Source: Bacilli bacterium (GTDB taxonomy: Bacteria; Bacillota_I; Bacilli_A; RFN20; CAG-826). Taken from it: a stretch of 60,538 nt of DNA. Position 1 is the first letter of the stretch, and every line of letters starts with the position of its first letter. The stretch lies in the NCBI GenBank assembly GCA_044372565.1, contig JBILRP010000006.1, positions 1 to 60,538 on the forward strand. The letters are read 5' to 3'. Positions 39,185-47,790 of the stretch are shown here, piece by piece. The translations under genes and the position numbers were made by a program. The notes below the pieces were generated by a model. It ran no database searches, was not told where the DNA came from, and worked only from the letters and a program-made list of their open reading frames with translations.

Positions 39185-40336
39185 ATGAAAAAAATATATG
39201 CCTGGACCTTGTTAACCTTAACCCTAACCGCATGTGTTGACCCCACTGGAAGTTCCAGCAGTGCTGGAGTTCCTAATGGATTACTCCCTATTACTCCTTT
39301 TGAAGGGTGTGGCGTGCAAAGCATTGATAACCAATGGGTGTGCACGTGGTCTGATGAATTCAATGGCGACGCGTTAAACACCGAGCATTGGAATGTAGAA
39401 GTTAATGGCGATGGTGGTGGTAACCAAGAAGCACAATATTACCGTGCAGAAAATATCACGGTCGATGATGGGTCACTTAAAATTACTGCGAAGAAAGAAA
39501 ACTATTTAGGAAAGACATACACCAGTGGTCGAATCAATTCTCGATATAAAGTGAATACTCAATTCGGTCGAATCACGTTCCGAGCCAAGATGCCAGGTGG
39601 CCGAGGAACATGGGCAGCCGTGTGGATGCTTCCTTTGTTTAACCTTTATGGGCAATGGCCAAATAGCGGAGAAATCGATATTTTAGAATATGTTGGTTAT
39701 GAACCAGGTAGAGTCTTTGCCGCGACGCACACCAAAAAGTTTAATCACACCAAGAACAACAACCCAAGTGCTTTTAAAGAATTGGTTGATCCAGAAAACC
39801 AATTTTATGAATACGAAATGATTTGGTTACCAGGAGAAATTCGTATCTTGGTTGAAGGTAATCAATACGGCGTTTTCCGATACGTCCCTCAGTTTAATCA
39901 AGATGAACCTCATCAAGACGTTTTCCCATTTCACGAAGATTTTTATTTCATCATCAACCTTGCCGTGGGTGGCAGTTGGGGTGGCGTGGAAGCCATTGAC
40001 AGCACGATTTTTCCAACCACGTTAGAGTTGGATTACCTCAGAATGTATCAATGGGATTACGCGAATCACGATGTATTACCACCCAACCCACCAACTTCTT
40101 TGGCAACGGCACGATTAAAAAACACCATTCATTGGAATCGTCCTACCGATGATACGTGGGTGAAAGAATATGCGATTTATGTGGATGGCGTTCAACACCG
40201 GATTGCCGATATTCATCAGTTCACGTTCACAGGGTTAGAAGTGAACCGAACCTATGAAGTCCAAGTGCAAGCGATTGATTTTGTGGGTAGAACCTCAGAA
40301 CTTTCGGAACCCATTGATTTTACGTTTGGAGCGTAA
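39185..40336 (+). CDS. GH16 endo-beta-1,3-glucanase lipoprotein with C-terminal Fn3 domain
   Basis: Lipobox LTAC; WSDEFNG, GGNQEAQYY, WPNSGEIDILE catalytic motif, NLAVGGSW; Fn3 PTSL...GLEVNRTYEVQVQAID. Confidence 0.9.
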   Translation: MKKIYAWTLLTLTLTACVDPTGSSSSAGVPNGLLPITPFEGCGVQSIDNQWVCTWSDEFNGDALNTEHWNVEVNGDGGGNQEAQYYRAENITVDDGSLKITAKKENYLGKTYTSGRINSRYKVNTQFGRITFRAKMPGGRGTWAAVWMLPLFNLYGQWPNSGEIDILEYVGYEPGRVFAATHTKKFNHTKNNNPSAFKELVDPENQFYEYEMIWLPGEIRILVEGNQYGVFRYVPQFNQDEPHQDVFPFHEDFYFIINLAVGGSWGGVEAIDSTIFPTTLELDYLRMYQWDYANHDVLPPNPPTSLATARLKNTIHWNRPTDDTWVKEYAIYVDGVQHRIADIHQFTFTGLEVNRTYEVQVQAIDFVGRTSELSEPIDFTFGA

Positions 40337-40339
40337 CCT

Positions 40340-41056
40340 ATGTTAAAACCTCACAAAAAATTAGTTTTCTCTGATACATTTTCATCCCTTAATCGTGATG
40401 TCTGGAACTTTGAAGTTGGTGATAAGTGGTTTAACGATGAACGCCAATGTTATCGAGACTCTCCTAATAATACCCAATTCACCAAGGATGGGTTAAGACT
40501 CATCGCCACGCTTCATCCTGAGCTTCAGCATTGCCGTTATCAATCCGTTAGGATGAACACCAAAGGGAAAAAAGAATGGAAGTATGGCACGTTTGTGGTT
40601 CGTGCAAAATTACCAAAAGGCAAAGGCTCTTGGCCAGCCATCTGGTTTTTAGGTCATGACATCGGCCGAGTTAAATGGCCATTATGCGGAGAAATTGATT
40701 TGATGGAAATGGTTGGCCATGATCCGGAAGTCATTCATTTTAGTTTGCATTCACAATTGAACAATCACATCATCAAAACCCAACGAACAAAATTTCAGCC
40801 GATCAAAGGCGTTCAAGATGGTTTTCATGATTACAAAATGATTTGGCGTCCAGAAGGAATAAGTTTCTTCGTTGATGAGAAGCATTATGTAACCTTTGAC
40901 AAGAAACCTGGCGATTCGGTTGAAAGTTGGCCGTTTGATAAACCCTATTATTTAATTTTAAATATTGCCGTGGGTGGCACGTGGGGTGGGCAAATCCATG
41001 AACCGGATTTACCCTACATCATGGACATCAACAAAGTGGAGGTTTACCAAGAATGA
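40340..41056 (+). CDS. GH16 laminarinase-type enzyme, single domain, no signal peptide
   Basis: WPAIW, WPLCGEIDLME, WPFDKPYYLILNIAVGGTW. Confidence 0.9.
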   Translation: MLKPHKKLVFSDTFSSLNRDVWNFEVGDKWFNDERQCYRDSPNNTQFTKDGLRLIATLHPELQHCRYQSVRMNTKGKKEWKYGTFVVRAKLPKGKGSWPAIWFLGHDIGRVKWPLCGEIDLMEMVGHDPEVIHFSLHSQLNNHIIKTQRTKFQPIKGVQDGFHDYKMIWRPEGISFFVDEKHYVTFDKKPGDSVESWPFDKPYYLILNIAVGGTWGGQIHEPDLPYIMDINKVEVYQE

Positions 41057-42375
41057 ACGTCATTGTTTCATCGGAAGCAGGCGCACGTTGGCAAGAACAA
41101 AAGCCAACCGCTTCATCAAAATCGGTTGGCATGACGCTTAAACTTTTACCAAAACAACAGTTTCAAACCCACCTTGGTTTTGGTGGATCGTTAACCGAAT
41201 CTGCAGCCTACACAATCAAAGAAAATCATGATGAGGCAACCATCCAATCGTTGCTTGATCTTTATTTTACGAATGAAGGATTAGGTTATAACTTCACGCG
41301 AATTCATATGAACTCCAGTGATTTTGCCTTAGGTAATTACACCTATGTTCATCACGGAGACACGAGTCTAAAAAGTTTTTCCATCGCGAGAGAACAATGG
41401 TACGTCCTACCGATGTTAAAGAAAGTATTAAAAAAAGTTCCTGATTTAAACATTCTGATTTCACCATGGTCGCCTCCAGGATGGATGAAAGACAATGCTC
41501 AGATGAATCACGGTGGTGGATTAAAAAAAGAATTCCAATCCCTCTGGGCACAATATTACCTTCGTTTTATTCAAGCATTGCAACAAGAAGGCATTCAACC
41601 TTGGGGCGTGTCGGTTCAAAACGAACCAGCGGCAAAACAAGTGTGGGACTCATGTTTATATTCTCCAGAAGAAGAAAGAGATTTTATTAAGTTTCATTTA
41701 GGACCTCTATTAAAAAAACAATTTGGCGATAAAATAAAACTTCTAGTTTGGGATCATAACCGTGACATCATGGTCGAACGCGTTCGACCCATCTACGAAG
41801 ATGCCATTGCCAGTTCCTTCGTCTGGGGAACTGCGTTTCATTGGTATGGAGAAGAAGCTTTTGCCAATGTGGGCAAAACCAAAGCGCTATTTCCTGATAA
41901 ACATTTACTCTTCACCGAAGGTTGTATCGAAGGCGGGCCACGACCTGGTTCTTGGGATACAGGAGAACGCTATGCACGCAATATCATCGGTGATTTCCTC
42001 CAAGGTAACGAAGGTTTTATTGATTGGAATTTAATCCTTAACGAACAAGGTGGGCCAAACCACGTTGGCAATTACTGTGATGCTCCGATTTTATTTGATC
42101 GCCGCCAACAAGTTGTGATTAAAAATAGTAGTTACTACGCGATTGGTCATTTCTCTAAGTTCATTGTCCCTGGTTCGATTCGCATTGGTTTTGAGGTAAC
42201 CTTACCGGTTGGCGTCCAAGCGGTCGCGTATCAACGACCAGATAAACAAAAAGTTGTTGTTTTACTCAACACCACCAAGACCGCTTTTGATTTGTCTTTG
42301 CCATATGCTAAGATTTTCCAAGTGGTTCAACTTCCTGAACGTTCAATCATAACGTTATTGATTCATGAAAAATAG
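41053..42375 (+). CDS. GH30 glycosidase (GH30_1-like; beta-1,6-glucosidase/beta-glucosidase)
   Basis: GFGG, SPWSPPGWMK, QNEP (acid/base), WDHNRD, FHWY, TEG (nucleophile), GGPNHVGN. Confidence 0.9.
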   Translation: MNVIVSSEAGARWQEQKPTASSKSVGMTLKLLPKQQFQTHLGFGGSLTESAAYTIKENHDEATIQSLLDLYFTNEGLGYNFTRIHMNSSDFALGNYTYVHHGDTSLKSFSIAREQWYVLPMLKKVLKKVPDLNILISPWSPPGWMKDNAQMNHGGGLKKEFQSLWAQYYLRFIQALQQEGIQPWGVSVQNEPAAKQVWDSCLYSPEEERDFIKFHLGPLLKKQFGDKIKLLVWDHNRDIMVERVRPIYEDAIASSFVWGTAFHWYGEEAFANVGKTKALFPDKHLLFTEGCIEGGPRPGSWDTGERYARNIIGDFLQGNEGFIDWNLILNEQGGPNHVGNYCDAPILFDRRQQVVIKNSSYYAIGHFSKFIVPGSIRIGFEVTLPVGVQAVAYQRPDKQKVVVLLNTTKTAFDLSLPYAKIFQVVQLPERSIITLLIHEK

Positions 42376-43396
42376 ATTAAGCAAATTCACCATTCACGAT
42401 CTTGCCGCCGACCTTTCATTAGCGCCTGGTACGGTGAGTAAAATCCTTAACGGCAAAGGAAACATTCCTGCTGAAACGAGAAACCGGGTTTTACAACGTG
42501 CCAAAGAAGTGGGTTACGTTGCCAATCATTCGGCTCGGGTGTTAAAAGCAGAACACACGTGGACGATTGGCATTGTCTTTTCTGATATTGCTTCGTTTGG
42601 ATTAGAACATCCATTTTTTGGATCCATCATTCAAGCGTTTAAAAACTTCATTGAAGACAAAGGGTATGAGATGGTCTTTATTCCTAAAAAAATTGGCGAA
42701 CAACAACAAACCTATTTGCAATGGGCGACCAACAAAAGTGTCGACGGAGTTCTCTTATTAACCGGAGACTTAAATGCGAAGGATATTCAAGAATTGATTC
42801 ATGCAGACATTCCTTGTGTGTCGGTAGACATGGTTGACCCTTCGTTAGCAACGATCATCAGCGACGATCATCAAGGCATCGAATTAATCTTTAAACATTA
42901 TCTTCAATTAGGGTTTCATTCCATTTATGCTTACTCGGGTTCAACCCTTTCACGCGCGTATCAACAACGAAGTGAAGCTTTTGAAAAGCTAACCAAGATG
43001 CACAAAACCAAACGACCCCAAGAAGCTTACTTTGTCACCGATCGTTATGGGGTTCAACATTATTACGAACAAGGGTTACTCTGGATTCAATCATGGAAAG
43101 AAAAACCAGAAGCAATCATCGCTTTCTCTGATGACATCGCGATGGGCCTGATTAAAGCCCTGACCGAACTCGGTTATCGCGTGCCTGAGGATATTTCTGT
43201 TTCTGGATATGATGATATTCAGTTCGCCAGTTTATTCTCACCAGCATTAACCACGATTAAACAAGATAAAAAAAGAATCGCAGAAACTGCGGCAATCAAA
43301 CTATTAGACATCATTGAAAAGAAAGAAGTCTCTAAAGGCGTGACCACTGTCCCTGTTCAATTGATGATTCGCCAATCCACCAAGCGGATTAAGTAA
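42365..43396 (+). CDS. LacI family transcriptional regulator
   Basis: TIHDLA...TVSKILN HTH; RVPEDISVSGYDD, PALTTIKQ. Confidence 0.95.
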   Translation: MKNRLSKFTIHDLAADLSLAPGTVSKILNGKGNIPAETRNRVLQRAKEVGYVANHSARVLKAEHTWTIGIVFSDIASFGLEHPFFGSIIQAFKNFIEDKGYEMVFIPKKIGEQQQTYLQWATNKSVDGVLLLTGDLNAKDIQELIHADIPCVSVDMVDPSLATIISDDHQGIELIFKHYLQLGFHSIYAYSGSTLSRAYQQRSEAFEKLTKMHKTKRPQEAYFVTDRYGVQHYYEQGLLWIQSWKEKPEAIIAFSDDIAMGLIKALTELGYRVPEDISVSGYDDIQFASLFSPALTTIKQDKKRIAETAAIKLLDIIEKKEVSKGVTTVPVQLMIRQSTKRIK

Positions 43397-43964
43397 CCTT
43401 GACCTTGGTTCGAATCAGATAAATACTGATCGACAATAAAATCAGGATAAGACTAATACCCCAAAGTGGGATATCCCAAAAAATGAATTCGATGACACCG
43501 AAGTAAAGTAACAAATTTGCAATCGTTAAAAAAGAGTATTGCAAAAACGTTTCTTTCCAAAACGGAACAAATCTTTTGTGTTGGATGGTGAAGGCAATGC
43601 GTAATGGATACGTGTAGACTAACGGCATCCCAATCACGATGATGTGTTTCCATGTGGGTTGTTGTTTGACCCATTGGATGGCTTTCTTGGTTGGTATAAA
43701 TCGTTCGAGCTGTGAGTTATTTTTATGATGTAGATAGTGAACAAGGACATAAAATAAGGAAAACCCAATCGAAAAGCCAACGAGCAAGATAAGACTTGCA
43801 AGCCATATGGAGTCAATCAAAATAGTTAAGATGGTTAATAATAATAATGCTGCGGGTCCTTCCACGGTGGGATGTAGAATGGATAGGACAAAAATAAGTA
43901 AAACACCTAATAAACCTAACGTTAAAACCCATTCTTGAAACGATAACCAAAAGGTTTCTAGCAT
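43389..43964 (-). CDS. Hypothetical multi-TM protein (weakly DedA/VTT-like)
   Basis: About 5 hydrophobic segments; TACAAT 6 nt before the ATG. Confidence 0.6.
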   Translation of the reverse strand: MLETFWLSFQEWVLTLGLLGVLLIFVLSILHPTVEGPAALLLLTILTILIDSIWLASLILLVGFSIGFSLFYVLVHYLHHKNNSQLERFIPTKKAIQWVKQQPTWKHIIVIGMPLVYTYPLRIAFTIQHKRFVPFWKETFLQYSFLTIANLLLYFGVIEFIFWDIPLWGISLILILLSISIYLIRTKVKVT

Positions 43965-44057
43965 AGTTCTATTGTACCTTTTTTAAGATTTGGTTAAGAA
44001 TGAAGTTGTTGGTATGGAATGTGATGAAGAATGCTAAACTTTAAAAAAGAGGTGTTT

Positions 44058-45422
44058 ATGGAAAAACAACCAACCGCGGTCACAAAGTCTAAAGTGACCA
44101 AAAAGTTTACTAAAAAAGAATGGGCTTATATTTTTTATGATTGGGCAGAATCAGCTTATACGGTTATCTTTGCTACCTTTATTTTTCCTTTATTATATGG
44201 ATACCTTAGTGTGGATGTCGGTGGTCTAGGACAAAACGTAGCCGACTCTTTGTTTGCTTTTCTTGTCTCAGGGATTAGTTTGGTTGTTGCCTTGTTATCT
44301 CCGATTTTAGGAACCTTAGCAGATTATCGAGGCTTAAAGAAAAAATTCTTTTTAATCTTTTTCTTTGTTGGATTAATTAGTGCTGTCTCGCTTGTGTTTT
44401 ATCCCGTCTTTGAAACCCAATCCCTATGGTGGATCATCTTGATTCCTTACGTAATCGGCACGGTAGGTTACACAGGGACTAACGTATTTTATGATTCATT
44501 TATTGTTGATATGACCGATGATGAAAACATGGACCGCGTCTCCACGGCAGCCTATGCCTTTGGTTATATCGGCGGAAGTTCGATTCCCTTAATTGTTGCG
44601 GTGGTTTTGTTGACGATTCTACCTGAGGCCATTCCTGGTTTTACCTTAACCTTGGGATTTCAAATCACCTTCTTATTTACTTCACTTTGGTGGTTCATCT
44701 TTTCCATCCCATTTTTAAAAGAAGCGACCCAAGTGTATGGCATCAAACCAGAAACTTCTCCCGTGAAAAAAGCTTTTGGTCGTTTAATGAAAACCTTAAA
44801 AGAAGCAAGAAAATATCCAAAAATATTTTTATTCTTACTTGCCTTCTTCCTTTATATTGATGGGGTTCATACGATTATTAATCTTGCCGCTCGGTTTGCG
44901 GTTAATGCACTGGATATCCTTCCAGAAAATGAACTCACAACCTTATTACCCATTTTCTTGGTCATTCAAATTGCCGCCTTTATCTTTGCGATGATCTTTT
45001 CTCGATTAAGCAAAGTCATCCAAGCGGAAAAAATTCTTTTGGCGAACATTGCGACTTATGCATTAATTTCTATCTTCGGTGTCTTTATCCGCGAATTATG
45101 GCATTTCTATATCCTCGGGATTCTTGTGGCCTCTTCCCAAGGTTCCATCCAAGCCTTATCCCGTTCTTATTTTGGAAAAATTATTCCTAAAGACAAGGCG
45201 AATGAATTCTTTGGATTGTATACCGTATTCTCACGCTTTGCAGCCGTCATTGGACCATTCATTGTTGGTGTTGTCGCCAGTTTAGTCACCCTTCAATTTG
45301 GGGATTTACCAGGCGGGAATCTTCGCTATGGTGTCTTATCACTCATCGTCTTGTTTATTGCCGGTGGATTGATTTTCAATAAAGCGAGAAAACTTCCTGA
45401 TACGCCAAAGATTGACGGCTAA
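44058..45422 (+). CDS. MFS transporter, UMF1/ATG22-like
   Basis: YDWAESAY, PILGTLADY, VFYDSF, QGSIQALSRSYF..IIP....NEFFGLY; SD GAGGTG; upstream TG-C-TAAACT. Confidence 0.88.
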   Translation: MEKQPTAVTKSKVTKKFTKKEWAYIFYDWAESAYTVIFATFIFPLLYGYLSVDVGGLGQNVADSLFAFLVSGISLVVALLSPILGTLADYRGLKKKFFLIFFFVGLISAVSLVFYPVFETQSLWWIILIPYVIGTVGYTGTNVFYDSFIVDMTDDENMDRVSTAAYAFGYIGGSSIPLIVAVVLLTILPEAIPGFTLTLGFQITFLFTSLWWFIFSIPFLKEATQVYGIKPETSPVKKAFGRLMKTLKEARKYPKIFLFLLAFFLYIDGVHTIINLAARFAVNALDILPENELTTLLPIFLVIQIAAFIFAMIFSRLSKVIQAEKILLANIATYALISIFGVFIRELWHFYILGILVASSQGSIQALSRSYFGKIIPKDKANEFFGLYTVFSRFAAVIGPFIVGVVASLVTLQFGDLPGGNLRYGVLSLIVLFIAGGLIFNKARKLPDTPKIDG

Positions 45423-45424
45423 TC

Positions 45425-46432
45425 ATGCCATCCATCCTGACGCATCATTATTTTGCCAATACATTTATTGAACGTCATCAAAAACGTTGGCCTTTTTTAA
45501 AACCAAAAGCGCCATTGGTTTGGCTTGGTTCACAAGGACCTGACCCATTCTTTTTTTATGGACGTGCGCCTTTTAAATCGAGATTGGCGAAAGAATCCAT
45601 GAACCAATTTGGTTCTTTACTGCATAATCAGCCACCTCATCAATCCATCTGGCCTTTGATCAAGCATGGATGGTTTGGTCCCAAAGCAGATGATGTCAGC
45701 AAGGCTTATGTCATGGGTGCCTTAACGCATTATGTCTTGGATCGCACATGCCATCCGTATGTCTTTTTTCGATCTGGTTTTGATGAGCAAGGTGGCTTAA
45801 CCGACCATTACATGGCTGATCATGCCAAATTAGAAGTGGAAATGGATCTTGGATTAATCCTCGAATTAAAATTATCGCCTTCAACGTATCAACCGAAGGT
45901 CACGCTTCAAGTCGATCCCGTGTCCTTACAATCGATTAGCCAACTTTATTTTCAAGCATTTCCTAAACACGTTAACCATGACGCTTACCAACAATCGGTG
46001 CAAGACATGAAGGCAACGTATCAATTTTTATATCACGGGTCTTGGGTCAATCGACTTCTGGTCATGTTGATTGCGGGAAAACGCTCATTACCATTTAGCT
46101 TAATTCATCCCAACACGATTTCTTTGGAACGTAGCAAAACGGTGCTCAATCTTCACCATAAAAAATGGCGTCACCCTGTCACGGGCATTTCCTCCACGGA
46201 GTCGGTGATGACCTTAATTGAAAAAAGTGACAAGATGATGGATAAGATAAGCGACCTATTGAGTCAAGATAAGGTCAACGAAACGATGATCAAAACATGG
46301 TGCGAAAACGTCGATTATGACGGCAAAGAGATTGGCACCACCATGCAGTACTTTCAATCATTTTATCCAAGTTACAAAGGTAAACCTAGTCAAGACCCAT
46401 CCATCAACAAAAGTAAAAAGAAAAGCGTATAA
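45425..46432 (+). CDS. Zinc-dependent phospholipase C family protein
   Basis: MP...TH, LGSQGPDPFFFY, THYVLDRTCHPYV, H..LE..D metal-ligand pattern; no signal peptide. Confidence 0.75.
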   Translation: MPSILTHHYFANTFIERHQKRWPFLKPKAPLVWLGSQGPDPFFFYGRAPFKSRLAKESMNQFGSLLHNQPPHQSIWPLIKHGWFGPKADDVSKAYVMGALTHYVLDRTCHPYVFFRSGFDEQGGLTDHYMADHAKLEVEMDLGLILELKLSPSTYQPKVTLQVDPVSLQSISQLYFQAFPKHVNHDAYQQSVQDMKATYQFLYHGSWVNRLLVMLIAGKRSLPFSLIHPNTISLERSKTVLNLHHKKWRHPVTGISSTESVMTLIEKSDKMMDKISDLLSQDKVNETMIKTWCENVDYDGKEIGTTMQYFQSFYPSYKGKPSQDPSINKSKKKSV

Positions 46433-46441
46433 TATTCTTTT

Positions 46442-47116
46442 GTGAAGTTTCCTTGGATTCAATTCAACTTAAAATTTATCACCCTTTACGCCTTGGGCAT
46501 TCTTGCCCTAGGGGCAGGGGTTGCGTTATTCACCAGAGCTAACCTTGGGGTTGCGCCATGGGACACAGCGATTTTAAACTTACAACGGTTGATGTTTTCC
46601 AACCAAATCTCAATCACCATCGGTCAAAGTTCGTTAATCCATACGTGCGTATTGTTACTCATCGTCCTGATGTTAGGTAAACGTTGGCAATCGTTGATGG
46701 CGGTCATCCCCATGATTGCGATTTCCTTGTCGATTGATTTTTGGGATCGCATCGTCTTGATTAGCCTTCTTTCAGATTCATTAGATTTATTCACACGCAT
46801 CATTTTCTTTTTATTGGCAACCTTATTGATGACCTGGGGATTAGCAACGATCATTATTTCTGGGTTTCCTCCGAATGTGTATGATGATTTTCACCTCACC
46901 ATTTTAAGGGTGTTTCACATTCAATCGTTTGCATTAGGTCGATGGATCATGGAGTTTATGGGGTTAGCGATTGGTTTAATCTATGCCTTGATTCAAGGCG
47001 ATGGTTTGGGAAGTATGACGATCCTGTCTTTTGGATTGGCAATGGCTTTCGGAAGCTTGATTACTTTTTTTGTGAATCAATACAAAACACGTAAGATATT
47101 AAATCGCCAATTATGA
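46442..47116 (+). CDS. YczE/YyaS-like membrane protein
   Basis: ALGAGVALFTRANLGVAPWD, GFPPNVYD, GSMTILS. Confidence 0.7.
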   Translation: MKFPWIQFNLKFITLYALGILALGAGVALFTRANLGVAPWDTAILNLQRLMFSNQISITIGQSSLIHTCVLLLIVLMLGKRWQSLMAVIPMIAISLSIDFWDRIVLISLLSDSLDLFTRIIFFLLATLLMTWGLATIIISGFPPNVYDDFHLTILRVFHIQSFALGRWIMEFMGLAIGLIYALIQGDGLGSMTILSFGLAMAFGSLITFFVNQYKTRKILNRQL

Positions 47117-47790
47117 AACAAAAGTTAATCGCCTCTCAATACCATCTGATGAGTTATATCTTTGCCCTTTTCACCACAGCGTTTGGTGTCTTTTTAATGA
47201 AGTCCAGTACCCTTGGATTAGGGCCATGGGGTGTCGCCGCTTTTGAATTGAATGCTTGGTTAAATCAAATACTAGGTTTTTTTACCTTTGGGATTGCCAG
47301 CAGTATTCATACCTATATCATGATTTTTCTCATCTTGTGGATTAACAAAAGTATCAAGTCTGCCTTTGTGTTTGTGTCGGTATTATTGATGAACGGGATG
47401 GTCGATATTTACGATTTGGTTTTATTTCCTGATTGGGCCGTTTCTGGATTGTTATTGACCAGTATATCTCACGGATTAGGATTTATCTTGTATTGCTTTG
47501 GTTCCGCTTTTTTTATTCTTTCGGGTTTTCCAGGGTTAGTGTTAGAAGAGTTTACCTTTTCAATGATGACATTAACCAAGAATAAAAACTATCCTTTGAT
47601 TCGAACCATGGTTTCTTATTTTGGATTTGTTCTTGCCTTGATCTATGGTTATTTTTCTGGTACCAATGCCAATTCAATCACATTGCTTTCCTTTGTGTTA
47701 GGCGTTGCTTATGGTCCTTCGATTCAAGGGTTTGTCAAAGTTATTCGCAACACCTCATTAGGTAAAAAGTTAACGCCCGCCCGACCTTAA
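47113..47790 (+). CDS. YczE/YyaS-like membrane protein (tandem paralogue)
   Basis: AFGVFLMKSSTLGLGPW, SGFPG; same layout as the previous gene; ATGA coupling. Confidence 0.65.
   Translation: MKQKLIASQYHLMSYIFALFTTAFGVFLMKSSTLGLGPWGVAAFELNAWLNQILGFFTFGIASSIHTYIMIFLILWINKSIKSAFVFVSVLLMNGMVDIYDLVLFPDWAVSGLLLTSISHGLGFILYCFGSAFFILSGFPGLVLEEFTFSMMTLTKNKNYPLIRTMVSYFGFVLALIYGYFSGTNANSITLLSFVLGVAYGPSIQGFVKVIRNTSLGKKLTPARP

Noticed and set aside
20565-43396. Glucan locus as a tRNA-integrated genomic island
   Set aside because: The locus lies on the 5' side of the tRNA; no integrase and no duplicated tRNA 3' end (att) seen
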